Shown here: positions 24,701-37,654 of the stretch, piece after piece
Numbering within the stretch: position 1 is the stretch's first letter
How the letters are laid out: each line of letters opens with the position of its first letter
Source of the DNA: Lama glama
Taxonomy: Eukaryota
Reading direction: 5' to 3'
Assembly: GCA_028534125.1 (NCBI GenBank)
Contig: CM052817.1
Location: forward strand, 84,508,001 to 84,572,000
DNA: 64,000 bases
Made by a program: the position numbers and the translations under genes
The notes under the pieces: model-generated
The model's input: the letters and a program-made list of their open reading frames with translations, nothing else
Databases searched by the model: none
What the model was told of the DNA's origin: nothing

Positions 24701-26450
24701 TTGAGCTTGTACAATGGATCCGTAAATAGAGTAACCATGTTGGCTGGGATAAAGGCTGTATGTGGGCCCGATAGCGTGTATTCCTTCTTGCCGTGCTGGA
24801 ACTAGTGACCTACTCTTGAGTGCTCAAAATATCAGCAACCCAGACTAATGCCAAGACCTTGATATGGTACTATTCCCTGAGGAGACTTGCCAGCCACTTG
24901 ATGGCAAGTTAATTATACCTGGCTCCTATTTGAGAAAGACAACAGCTCATCTGTGCTGGAATCAGCATCTGTTCCAGAATCAGCATCTGTTCCAGACTTG
25001 GATTTGCTGCCATCATCCAAAAAGCTTATAGGGTGTCTGGTTTCCTGACATGGGATCCTATGTAGTATCACCTCTGACCGAGTGACTCATTTTATGTTAG
25101 AAGGAGATATGAAAATAGTTGCATTCCCACAGAATCTACTGGTCTTACCATATACTGTGCCACCTGAAAGCAGCCACCTAACAGAATGATGAAGTGGCCT
25201 ATTAAAGGCTTAACTAAGTAGAAGCTCAGGGACAGCTGGAAGGTTGGGCTGATACTTTTAAGAATGTAGTATTTGCACTGAACCTGGGATCCAAGAACCT
25301 GAAGGTGGAAATTGGCGATTCTCTACATCACTCACAATGATGCAACTGTGGGCTCTTTTGGATTGGAGGTAAAGTGAGAAACCTTCCACAATGGAACTCA
25401 GTGAGTTTTCCACTGAACCTGAAGCTATGAAAACCACTTAGTCTTAATGGCTTCTTGTGCCAGCAGTTCATCAAGCAAATAAATGCATAATATTGGAAGG
25501 GGCTATTGATCCTGACTACCATGAAGAGTTAGTGTTACAACTTCAATGGAGGCAGAATGGATTATGTCCTCCTTAGGGGATCCATTGGAGCATCTCTTGG
25601 TGCTTCAGTGTCAATTGAAAACCTTGAATAGGCAACTGTAGTGACCACAGCCTGACAAGGCAAAGCAACCAAGGACACGAATCCAATGAGAATGAAGGTC
25701 TAGATTATCTCATCACTCAAACAACCTGTACCCACTGAAGAGCTTGGCCAAATGTGAAGGAAGTGTAGAATTTGTGGTGGAGAAAGTAGGAGATAAATGT
25801 CATTTATACATGTAAAATCAGTTGCAGCAGTGGAGACTGTAGCTTGTTTCACTAAATATTTTGCATTAAGCCTTTATATGGTGGCTAACCACTACCTGAA
25901 AGACTGTTTGACTCAATATGGAACATGTGGTTGCAAGGAGTAGACTGTACTGGATAGCTCTTGTGTCCCACCTCACATCTTCTCAAGCCATCTTTTAAGT
26001 CCACCTATTTCACTCTTTGATAGCACCTTATCTCTGTGTACCACATATATCTTGGTTTCTGCCTTGGTGCTTTTCTGACACTTCAGCTACGTGGAACACC
26101 TGTTGCAATATGCTCAGCTATTCTGACATGTGTAAACCTGCAAGTTTGAGGGAATTAGCATCCTTGGTCAAATGGGGACAAGAGTTATTAGGTAAATATT
26201 CCTCTCTTCAGAATATTCTTTGGGTAGACAGTTCTGAGGTACATTTCATATAGTTCTTCAGGGGTCCTCAGGACTAAACTTCAATTGCCTATGGTAGTGA
26301 TCAGCTCAAAAACACAACATTATATTGGTTTATAGTGTTTACTTTTTCCAAGATCTCCATTCTCATTCTTTAGAATCATGTTCTAAAGTTAATGAATGGC
26401 ACTCAGCTCTTTTCTAAGGCTCTCCTTTTGGTGAAACCCAGACTAAAGTA
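21760..26450 (+). mobile_element. Degraded ERVL-class provirus (LTR16/HERV16-like): 5' LTR ~21760-22238, internal region, 3' LTR ~25946-26450
   Basis: Both LTRs end in similar ACCCAGGCTAAG / ACCCAGACTAAA motifs. Integrase remnants PAT*WQVNY (~24890) and WSYH...GLLK (~25140-25207); dUTPase-like GAIDPDYHEE (~25499); purine-rich tract before the 3' LTR. Confidence 0.75.
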
Positions 26451-27379
26451 CATTGCGTTGTAATTATTTGTCTTTATGTCTCTTTGTTATACTGAAAGAC
26501 CTATCTCCACAAAAATAGTCCAGAGCTCATTTAAGCATTCAGTTAGTGTTTATTGGATTTAATAACTTTAGAGGATATATTTCAAAATTTCATGTGTAGG
26601 GACAATCCCAGAATATTTTCCTTTGTGATACTGTTTTTAGTGAGGGAAGGAGAGAAGGTGGAAATACATCCAGACATCACCTTTTTCTCCTTCTCTCTCT
26701 TCATCTTTCCTTGTCTTTTACCTTCCTATTTCCTTTGGAAAATGGATCGGAGACATAGGACTGGTTAGTTGTGACTGGGAAAATGGGCCTACATTTAGGA
26801 AATTAAAAAGTTCTCATTTTCCCCAAAATCATAACTCAGACTTTAGCAACCTGCAAAAATGATTTTTTTCCTCTCACACAAGCCACTTTTAGTGTCCTAG
26901 ATAAAATAAATAGTAGACAAAAAAGGAAAGGAGCTGTGTCTTTTTCATTTATTCTAGTTTAAGCAGTGCCTATGCCAAAACATTATTTACATAGTACAGT
27001 CATCTTAAATTGTATTGATTTTTAAATAGAATTTCTTTTAAGGTTCCTCTAGCCACTCCTGCTACTTATTCTGGCCCCTAAACATGAGGGTCTCCCCACT
27101 TCCTTATGTCTGTCCCAGGTGTCCATTCTCCCCAGTCCTCTCAACTCACCCCACCTTTTCCGTTAGTCTTCGTCACGGACAAAATTTTTAATCTGTCTAA
27201 GTGCCGATCTTTTAAATAGGTATTGACTCAACCATTAAGGTATTTTACACTAGTTTGGACTTGAGTCCAAGAGGTAGAGCATTTGCATTTTGAGATGAGT
27301 ATATCTGTGTAACAAATCTTCTAATTGAAGATATGTATGGGGGCATATTTTTAAAAAAATTGTCACTCCTCAGCACTAC

Positions 27380-28140
27380 CCACTTTCTTTCTTTCTTTCT
27401 TTTTGATTGTTATAATGACTTTATTTGTAATATAAGTGTATGACATAACCTCACCGAAAGTGGTAGGAGAAAAAAGGAGTTTCCTAAGTAACTTAGGAAA
27501 ATGGTATTTTGACTGAAAACAGACTAAAGACCAAAAAAAAAAAAAAAACAAAACTAACTATATGTAAACACAGTATTCCAGATAGTGAATTTATTTCTCA
27601 TAGGAATACCAGCTAATAATTCTGAAACTACTTTATAGGTTTACTAGGGTTGAAAAATGATAGAATAAATGTTAGTTAAATAGGATCTAGGCTTCTTACT
27701 ATCATAGAAATAAATTACAAATAAGCATGGGGGAAATTTAGGATTAACTCTGCGGTACTTGCTTAGAGTTAGATACATCAGTATGAACTCGTGTTTAGTC
27801 TTGGTAGATAGATCAATCGATAGATAAGTCATTGATAGACATGGATAGATGATAGGTAGGTATAGATAGGATAGATAGATTATAGATAGGTGTTTATACA
27901 TTTTTAGTATACTTAAATATATATCTTAGCTCTGTCCTCAGAGAGAGCCCAGAGGCAATGACACCCCAGCAACAATAAGCACACCCAGTATTCAGTGAGG
28001 TGCATTCTCAGTATTCTAAATATCATTTTCCAATAAAGGAACTAGGGATCCTTAGAGGAATGGCTAATTCTAGGGCTAGTTCAAGGAAAAGACAGGTTAA
28101 GCCTAGAGCATCTCCCAGTGCCAGAAAGTAAAGAAGCACT
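27380..28140 (+). mobile_element. L1MC-like 3' fragment containing a (TAGA)n microsatellite at ~27806-27890
   Basis: CCCAGAGGCAATGACACCCCAGCAACAATAAGCACACCCAG; degenerate GATA repeats. Confidence 0.6.
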
Positions 28141-30789
28141 AAAAAGGAAAATAAACAAATAGGTGGATACTACCCATTTTCTGATCATTTATTTTCCGAA
28201 TTTTTCTTTGTAAGAGAAAAATGTATAAAATTGAATATTATAACAATTTATTATCACCAGCTATCATTTTTCATGTAAGGAATAGTGAAAAGACTTTCAC
28301 TACAGCCAGATGACACATGTGTGAGGAATATAAGAAAATAGAAGTTACTGTTCTATGAAAAGTGAGGAGTGTCTGTATAAATTTTTCTTTATGACTTTGT
28401 GATAAATAGCTAGTAATTAAAATATTATTTTCCATACAGTGTAATCCATAGATAAATGTTATGCCTCATATTTATAAATCTAATATATAATTTAAAGGAG
28501 AAATAGTAGAAAATATTGTCAAATGATATTTCACTTTACCATCTGTAGGAATTACAGTAATATATAATTCTATCATTGGAGAGAGCTTTAATGCTTTTCT
28601 GTTAATTTTTTACTTTGTAGTGGAAGAACTCACAGAGAATGCAGAGTTCAGTAAAAACTAATTTTCTTCTGGCAGTTTATCAACTCAAATATCTGTTAAG
28701 TAGTATTTCTAACTCAATAGTACACTGAAAACCGAGGTTTCTAATAATGCCCTAAGGCACTTCAATGCCTGGAGTACATCTTTTGAAGAGAGAGCTTTGC
28801 AGAAATAGAAAACCGAACTATAAATGAAAGCATTCCAAAAAGCTAAAAATGTGCTAAATACAAATGTATGTTTTTGAATGAACTTTGAAAAGAATATCCA
28901 GAAGAAAAAAAGATAATTAATACCACAAGTAGTAAGCTTTGATATATATCATAGAAGCACCAAGTGTCTTGTATTCCTACAATGGTCCTAGCTTTGCTCC
29001 TGACTGCCAGATTTTGTGCATCATTTCATTAAAATTTCTAATATTTATTATTTTTTAGGAACCATTCAGGACCTTTATATTTAATTTTGACAACAACCTC
29101 AGAGAGAATTATGTATCTTGGAATGCTTATTTTTAAAGTTAAGGAAACTGAGGCCTTCAGAGATTAAATGTCTTGCCCAAGATCATACAGCTAAAAGGTG
29201 ATTTTGAACCTAGGAAGTTTGATTCTGGAGACCAGGCACTCGTCAACTATGCTGCAGCCTCTGTGAGTCTTGATTTTTCATCTATAAAATAAAGCTACTG
29301 AAGTGAGTTCTTTTCTTGCCTGATTCTATAAATAAAAATAGCATAGAAGGAAAAAGAGGTTCATAAGCCCTTTACTTTTTTGTAGTACACTCACAGAGAA
29401 GATGGGTATACAAGTCACTTATTAATAAGCCACTTGCTAAGAGAAACACATTTTTCCCCCTAGGCTCTTCTAGGGTATCATTTATTGCAGTAGTGCAGTG
29501 TCACACCTGAAAACTGTCATTGCAGCTGGTGTACTTTGGTGGTGGACTGATGAATGAAAATCTCTTAGGATTTATCCTGAGTAGGGAATGAACCACAGTG
29601 TGATATAATATCAGAGAGGGAGAAAACCCAGGCTTCATCTGTATTAAATGCTTTTACTAACTTGGTTTTTGTCAAAAATCAAAACACATTTTTGTCATAA
29701 GCTTCAGAAGGTACAAAAACTTTGGCAACCAAACTTCACACCCTTGAGTAACTTGAACTAACTTGAGCAACTTGACAATAACTGTAATAGACTTATCTTC
29801 ATGCATCAGAAACTGGAGAAATTTAGCAGTAATTTGTTCTAAATGATTTTATAATCTGCTTGTGTAGAAAACCTCAAGGTTGTGAGTATCTGCATTCCTC
29901 TTCTTAATATTTTACTGTTTGCAACAGTGACAGTGTATCTGTTTTCCTTTCTTAGAGGATTATCTTCTGTCAAAAATAATAAAGTAGGTTAACTTATATC
30001 AGTGACTTTTCAAATTGCAGGTTGCAAACCTACTAGGGAGTAGATTATAGAATCCAAATAGTAGGTTGTAACCATAAATAATTAAATAGAATTGAAAATA
30101 AAAGAGTGTATCATATTCATTAAGTATATATATTGTTTCAAGAGTTTTGTTCATATTTTAGATCTAGTCACAAAAGTTCAAAATCCATCAATTTTGAGTG
30201 TTTACAGAACACAGGCTTTAAACAGTTTGGTTATTCACAATATTATCTTCTGCATAGCTAGTTAATGTCTAAAAGATTCTCAATGATTAGTGACTGAAAA
30301 AGATTTGGAGAGGAACCTCATATTCAAATGTGTCTCTGATGCAGCTTAAAAACTAAGGAAAGAAATATGGTCTTCCACTTTATTCTTCAACTCTATACAT
30401 TTAATGAGATAGATAGGTAGGTAGGTAGATAGCACTTGCAAAGATATAGAGCCTCAGATTTTAAATATATTCATTGGACGTGGTCCCTTTTTACTGTATG
30501 CTTTGAGTTATAAGTAAAAGTTAGCTCAACTCAACCTAGGTTAAATGGTAATAGGAGATATGGCAGACTTCTTGGCAGTTTGATAAAGAGGTTGACATTT
30601 TTACTGTGTCATCAGGTTTCTAGCTCAGTTTATATGTGGTTTTCTTGCTCTACCATCTTTTAGGTCATCTTCATCCAAAGACATCTTTCCTTTTCGTATA
30701 TGAAATGACTGGGTTTTATAAGCCTCACAATGACAAACCACAAAATCTAACATAAGAGAAAATACTCAGTGATTTATGGCACTATTCTA

Positions 30790-32345
30790 AATATGTTACT
30801 CATTTCATGAAAATTACAGTTCTCTGAAGTCTGGATTTTGATAATTGTATTCCCATGCTTCCATCTGTCTCCTGTATTTTCTGTGAATTATATCTAGATA
30901 CTTGATGACATCCAGGTTCAATTTTTGGTAAGAATAGTTTGTAGACAGTATTACAAGATTCTTTTATCAAGAGATGCATTATGTCTGATTGTCTCCATTT
31001 TGTGATGTTAGAAGCCACTGATGAACATTGCCTAAATCCATAAATGATAATCCAATTTTATCTTTACTTCCATATTTCTTAGCTGTTGAATTATCCCAGT
31101 TCAACTATTTAGATTCCAAGAAGCACTGTTTTTACAAGATAAATGCTTGATTTTTTTCCTTTGATTTAACTATTTTCTGAATACTTGATTCTCCAGCAAT
31201 CTCCAAAGATGACCAGTGAGATTTTTAAAAATATCTTTCTGAGCTCATGGATTTAAAAATATTGTATGTATATCAATTCATTGCAGTTTTGTCATTGGTG
31301 GTCAGTGTGTTCTGTCTTTGGCTAGTGGAATCTCTTTAAGTTTGTTCCCAAGTCTTTTGATATGACCTTTGTAGTCTTTAGTAGCTTATTTGCTTTCTGG
31401 TTTAACAAGATGTTCTGGGCTCATCTTGGACATTGCCTGCTATAGACATAGAGCTTGCCATTTCTCCAGTGAATCTTGGTTTCTCTGGGTAGCAAATGAT
31501 ATTTAAAGACCACTATTTGAATACTAAGAGTGCCTATTGCCAACGGGTTGGTTATTTTTTCCTAGTCCTTTTAAAAAAATACATCATGACTTCATATTGA
31601 TACTTCCTACTTAATATTATACATTTTACATCTGTTTCCCTTTTAATAGGGCCCAAATTGGTTTTCAGTGATTTCAACATAATCTCATTTGTTTTTTTCC
31701 TACAATGCACACAATAGACTGAATAAGTTAACACTATCAATAAGTATATGATTACTAGAAAGAGTTTAAAGGGTATTTTTATTTTTCCTATTCATTTTGA
31801 CCTTAGCGTATATCCCACCAAAAATATACAGTCCAATTCCTGTCTTTAAAGTCACTTGAAATTAGTTTCTGTCTATGTATTATGCACTGAAGTCAATATG
31901 CACTGAAGTCAATACACAATTAAATTCATTGGTTTAATTCCCCTTTTACTTTGGGGGAATTAAAAAAATTTAAATAATTTAAAATATTAAGAGGTCTCAA
32001 ATTCAAATCTACAAATGAAGATATACTCAGAGAAGTCTGGCCTGTATTCTGGTTCCCTCCAACCCATCACTTCTCTACCCCTATAGATAACCATTTAAAA
32101 AAAATTATAATTCATGCTTCCATTTTTTGAAATAATTTATTTTTTAAGATTTTGGGGGGGTAATTAGATTTATCTATTTATTTATTTTATTTTTTTTTTA
32201 TAATGGAGGTGCTGGGAACTGAATCCAGGACCTTGTGCATGCTAAGTATGCACTCTACCACTGAGTTATACCTTCCCCCTTCATGCTTCCATTTTTTAAT
32301 ATAAGCAAATATGTATAAATTGTCATATCCTCCCATCTTAGATAT
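30790..32345 (-). mobile_element. L1MC-like 3' region, antisense
   Basis: GATGTTCTGGGCTCATCTTGGACATTGCCTGC...GCCATTTCTCCAGTGAATCTTGG. Confidence 0.6.
32129..32279 (-). mobile_element. tRNA-derived SINE (vic-1-like) with a perfect 18-bp TSD
   Basis: Same family as the element at 6509; TTCATGCTTCCATTTTTT at 32111-32128 and 32280-32297. Confidence 0.88.
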
Positions 32346-32479
32346 AAATATTAGCATCCTAGAGCTAACAGAAAGAATTTCACTGTCAAATTAGACTTAT
32401 AATTAAGGACTCTTATCCAGATTTACTAATAAGTAAGGGGTTCTTACTTAGATTTACTAATAATTTCAAGGATATAAAT

Positions 32480-35400
32480 AACCAAAGGCTCAGGCAAGTT
32501 AGAAAGAAATCTAGTTCATTCTATATGGCTATCTTGGTGTTTCCTTTCTGCATAGGAGACCTTCTCTGGCCAGTAATAGATGAGGTCTTTTAGTAAGATT
32601 TTTCACTGATCTCACATAGTAAGAGAAGGGTTGCCCATTCCCATTTTATATTTAAATTAGTTGAGGCCTTATATACCATTTCTCCCAGGGCCATGCCTTA
32701 TAAATCCATAGATTCCAGGGACAATCTTGCTAAGAGAATTCCACAGATAAGGACTCGCCTGATAGCACATATCTTTAGCCTAAAGAAGTCAGTTATCAGC
32801 ATGTTTACAAAAATATTAGACTGGGACACCTGTCTTTTTTTCTTTCCTGGATTATATTCCCTTGGTAATCAGAGAGAAACAGATTTCAGTCAGTGGCTTT
32901 AATAAGGAGCAAGAATTCCCTCTACAGAATACCTTAACAATGACCATACTGCTTCATAAGTCTTTTACTAATTCAGTTACTCTTTTCCCCTTGTTTATCC
33001 ACAGTTATTTTAACTTTTTAAATAATGTGCTGAATTAAGAATTTAACTTGAGTGTGTAATTTTTCTAAGGCCAAACACACTGCCTTCTCCGGACAATTTG
33101 TTTCCATAAGTGTTATATCTGTTGGGAGATTTAATTCAACTTCCCTAAATATTTTCTTATCCTGGGAAATTATTGTTTACATAAATCTTACTTTTTATTT
33201 AACTGTATAAATAAATTTACAAATTCTTTGTTACACCATATAGCTGTAGAAGAGAGATTAAAGTAACATTTGACACATCATGTATTTGTTAATATTATGG
33301 GATCATTCTGTTCTCAATAGAAATGTCTTCTCCTATACCACATTCCCCTTTATAAGGGTGGTGACTAGAGTCCATTGTTCAATAAATTCTGGGTCCCATT
33401 TGGTTTATTCCAGATGTTATGGTACAGCTTTTTACAGATGTCATGTAATATTTACCCCTGCTAGGTAAGACATAGGTTGCTTTTGTATCCAAACCTACAT
33501 GCCTGCTGAGTGCAGGAACCCAGGTAGCTAGCTCAGGAGTCTGATTAAGGCATCTGCCTTAGCATTCCAGTCTCCTTTCTGAGCTGGGAACTGGATTTTT
33601 TTGTGAACATCCGCACGATCCACTTTAATTCTTCTTAATTCCCACAGAGGTTTTCTTAATTGAGTGCCACGTAAGGATATTCCTCTATTGCCTAATGATC
33701 TAGGACCCATTTGTGGTTGACTACAACCCAGAGTCTATGAATATCCAAATGCTCCTCTGAGATCAGGAGCCTAATTCTCCGGCTGCTAAACCGGCAGCTC
33801 TCAACTCTGCCAAATTTGCAGACTTGCCTCCCCTCAAGGTTATTTATATCAGTAAGGTACATAGCTGCCAATTTCCAAACAGTAATGTGGTCCTCAAGGC
33901 AGGAACTCCCATTAGTGAACGAGGCAGCTGCTTCTTGGCGGGGGAAGAATCACAGGGCTTGGACCACTGAGCACTGTGGGGAAGGGAGATCCTTGGAGGG
34001 CTCTCTCACTGGCTCTGTGAGCAACTTGCTCTCATATTCAGTACACTTCCCCTGAACTTCTCACCTAGTGTATTCTTCCACGTAGCATTTCTTCCTGGTC
34101 ATTGAGATTTGCTGTGCTGCCTTTTCTCTGTTCAGTGTCTCTCTGGTGTCATTCAAGGCAGGATTGATATTCAGCCTCAAAATTATTTGATACCCTTCTG
34201 TGGTGGTAGGAGCCGGGTGGCCATTTGACCAATACCCAGAAACAAACTAGCATCTGTCTTTCAAATGGGCTCATTAAGAGCAGCTGCCTCAGTAATTTTT
34301 CAAGTCCAAACCCAAGAAGTCTTTGCTGAGTAGCCCTATTTAATTTCTCCCAAAGGCTTCACATCTGCATATATTCTAGGAGGTGAATATTATATAATCT
34401 GAGCAGTTGGATCACGAGGTCGTAGTTGGGCTCCCTGTGCCACTATCCTCTGCAAATCTTTTTTTTATGCTTATCACCCCACCTAAAATAAAATTTATTT
34501 TCGATGACTTTGTGACAGGAGCTAACAGTATTCTAATAGGAACAATGTGATTTTGCCAAAACTCAAATAGTCCTAGCTGTGCTCTTCTTGGTTGTTGAAA
34601 GTGTCTGTTAGAGACAGTAACTTACTTCCCACAGTTTGAGGAATGTCTCAGGTTACTCCAGGAATTTCTTATGTTGGGCTGGACTTGAATTTTAGCTGAA
34701 TTTATCAGCCATCCTCTATTTGTCATAAAGGTGACTATGGTTCTTAATTCTTCTTGACCTTTTTCCTCTGAGGAGTCAATTAACATAATAGCATCAATGT
34801 AGTGCATTAACTTGTTCTTTATGGTTCTTTAGTACAAGTCCTGACTCACTAGATTATGGTAATATGTCAGGGAATTTACTGTATTGCTCTGGCTCTGGCA
34901 ATACCGTAAATTTACACTGATTTCCATTCCATAAAATGCAAACTGTGTCTAGCTAGAGTGTGAATTTAGGATTGATAAGAAGGCATTACGTTAGATATTA
35001 GGTTAGATGCATAACGGCATCCCCGGCCCCTTTGGCCTGTTGCACTTCTTACATAGTTTTCACTGTATTAGGTGTAACTGAAGCAATCAGAGGAACCACC
35101 TTGTTTCATCCTTGACAGTCTGTTTCCTACCTTCAGGAACCTTATGCCTTATATAGTAGCTAGGACTGTTAAAAAGGGGGTCAGTGGGAATCAAAACTCC
35201 CGTCTTAACCTTTTCCTTAATTTGAACAGTGATCTATTGTTGCCCTCCTGGAATTCTGTATTGCTTAGTATTAATGACTGTGGAGGATTTAGGCAATTCC
35301 GAAGGTTCTCATTTAGCACGGCTAATTAAAACTGGGTGAGGGGTAGACTTAGACAATAACCCCCATGAAAAGGGCAGAGGCAACAGGCCTTGTGTTTTCA

Positions 35401-35800
35401 GCTGCAGGACTTAACACCAAAGGGGGCTATATTTTAGTCAATAAACATCTCCATTTTATATTCAGATTTTTACATTGCTTATGTGACATTTTCCAGGGAC
35501 CTATGCCCCACAAATCCAAATCTAGGATTTTTTTTAATCATAAGCAATCTTAAGCCAACCAAATATATCCTGCTAAAAGCATTCCATTGACAAGGAATAT
35601 CTTGCTAGCAAATATCATTATTTCACCAGATTTGTCACAATCTGGTTTACAAGGAGATTTGACTGGGTCACTTTCTTTTTACCTAGGCCATCCCCATAGA
35701 AAAGAAGAAAATAGATTGCTGTTCTGCTGCTTAACTATTTACTTCATAAAGACTTGTATTTTTGCCAGAATATATTTGGACTATAATCCTAGGAATAGTA
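32480..35800 (-). mobile_element. Degraded ERVL-class pol remnant (RT and RNase H region)
   Basis: ORF 34622-34807 HYIDAIML...GWLINSAKIQ resembles the ERVL RT HYIDDIML..GW.IN..KIQ motif. Upstream QFAF/WNGNQCKFTVLP (~34895-34950, frameshifted). Outer limits uncertain. Confidence 0.7.
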
Positions 35801-36551
35801 TTTTCTGAGTCAAAGGTCAAACACATATGCCATATACAATTTTGCTAGAAAGTACAGAATCATGTGCCATAGAGAAATTTGCATTTCCACCTTTAAAGTA
35901 TGATAGTTTCTGTTATGAGACAGCTTCTCTACCAGAGTATGTTATCATGCTTTCAAGATTTAGCTATTCTGAGAGGTAAGAAATGATATCTCAGATGATT
36001 TGCTCTTATGTTGTTATAACCTTTTTGGACATCAGCTTGCTTATATATCAGAATTTGACAACATTGATTGTTCCCTCCTGGATATCCCTCACTTATCTTG
36101 GGAATGTCACTTTCTCAGTTCTCCTCCTAATTTTTCTTGGCTTGTTCCTTCTCTTTTCAGACTTTAACAATGGAATTTGCCAAGGCTCAATCTTCAGACC
36201 TTTTCTTTTTATATATTTTCTCCTTTGGTCACTACAGTCAGTATCATTATTTAAAATACATTATATGTGCTAATGATTCCCAAAGGTATATCTTCATCTT
36301 CCTAATGTGTGCATGAATGTATACAGCTCTTCATATTGCCACTAAGTTGTCAAATGAGCATCTCATATTTGCATGTCTAAAACTAAACATTTTTTAGCCA
36401 CCATGCCTGATATTCCCCAAATTTGTCTTATCTTAAATGGCAAGTCTTTCTGCAGTTCAGGATGAAAATTTATCATTTGACCCAAATCCAATTCACTGAC
36501 AAATCTAATCATCTCCTCTTTTGAAATATATCCAGAATCTCACCACTTCTT

Positions 36552-37458
36552 TTTTTTTTTTTTTGGTGTGTTTTTTTTTNNNNNNNNNNNNNNNNNNNNN
36601 NNNNNNNNNNNNNNNNNNNNNNNNNNNNNNNNNNNNNNNNNNNNNNNNNNNNNNNNNNNNNNNNNNNNNNNNNNNNNNNNNNNNNNNNNNNNNNNNNNNN
36701 NNNNNNNNNNNNNNNNNNNNNNNNNNNNNNNNNNNNNNNNNNNNNNNNNNNNNNNNNNNNNNNNNNNNNNNNNNNNNNNNNNNNNNNNNNNNNNNNNNNN
36801 NNNNNNNNNNNNNNNNNNNNNNNNNNNNNNNNNNNNNNNNNNNNNNNNNNNNNNNNNNNNNNNNNNNNNNNNNNNNNNNNNNNNNNNNNNNNNNNNNNNN
36901 NNNNNNNNNNNNNNNNNNNNNNNNNNNNNNNNNNNNNNNNNNNNNNNNNNNNNNNNNNNNNNNNNNNNNNNNNNNNNNNNNNNNNNNNNNNNNNNNNNNN
37001 NNNNNNNNNNNNNNNNNNNNNNNNNNNNNNNNNNNNNNNNNNNNNNNNNNNNNNNNNNNNNNNNNNNNNNNNNNNNNNNGTCCTGGACTTTTATTTGTAG
37101 GGAGGTTTTTAATTGCTATTTCTATTTCCTTTCTAGTGATCGGGTTGTTCAAGTGTTCAGTTTCTTCTTGATTCAGTTTTGGTGGACAGTATGTTTCCAG
37201 AAACTTGTCCATCTCCTCTAGGTTATCCAGTTTGGTTCCATATAGTTTTTCATAATATTCTCGTATGATATTCTGTATTTCTATTTTGTTTGTTGTAATT
37301 TCTCCATTTTCCTTTCTTATTTTGCTAATTTGTGCTCTTTTTTCTTCTTTGTTTCTTTTTTTTTTTAATTGAGGTACAGTCAATTACAATGTGCCAATTT
37401 TTGGTGTACAGCACAATGTCCCAGTCATGCATATACATACATATATTCATTTTCATAT
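36552..37458 (-). mobile_element. Young 5'-truncated L1 spanning an assembly gap
   Basis: Poly(T) at the left end; uninterrupted ORF2 peptide [15 protein letters not shown]...YYEKLY...LEEMDKFLE...KSPG at ~37080-37340; TSD TCACCACTTCTT at 36540-36551 and 37459-37470. Confidence 0.9.
36580..37079. other. Assembly gap (500 N)
   Basis: Run of N bases. Confidence 0.99.
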
Positions 37459-37654
37459 TCACCACTTCTTAACACCTTCATTACTACCACTGTAGCCCAA
37501 ACCACTATCATCTTTCCTGGATTGTTGCAATTTTTGCAACCCTGAATTATTACTGTAGTCTTTGAAAAGAACGAGTCTCCCTACTGTTCCCCTTGCCCTG
37601 CTCCCTTGTATCCTCACCCCATACCTGTTCTCTAAACAGAAGGCAGATTCTACT

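Larger units (their letters stand above)
36010..37650 (+). mobile_element. L2 fragment split by an L1 insertion
   Basis: CATCTCATATTTGCATGTCTAAAACTAAAC...TTGAAATATATCCAGAATCT[insertion]CACCACTTCTTAACACCTTCATTACTACCAC. Confidence 0.7.

Noticed and set aside
24959..24996. 18-bp tandem duplication GAATCAGCATCTGTTCCA, and a similar one at ~31882-31915
   Set aside because: Two-copy slippage events inside dead repeats; not an array.
36505..37383. 216-292 aa ORFs
   Set aside because: Artefacts of reading through 500 Ns; only the L1 ORF2 part is real.
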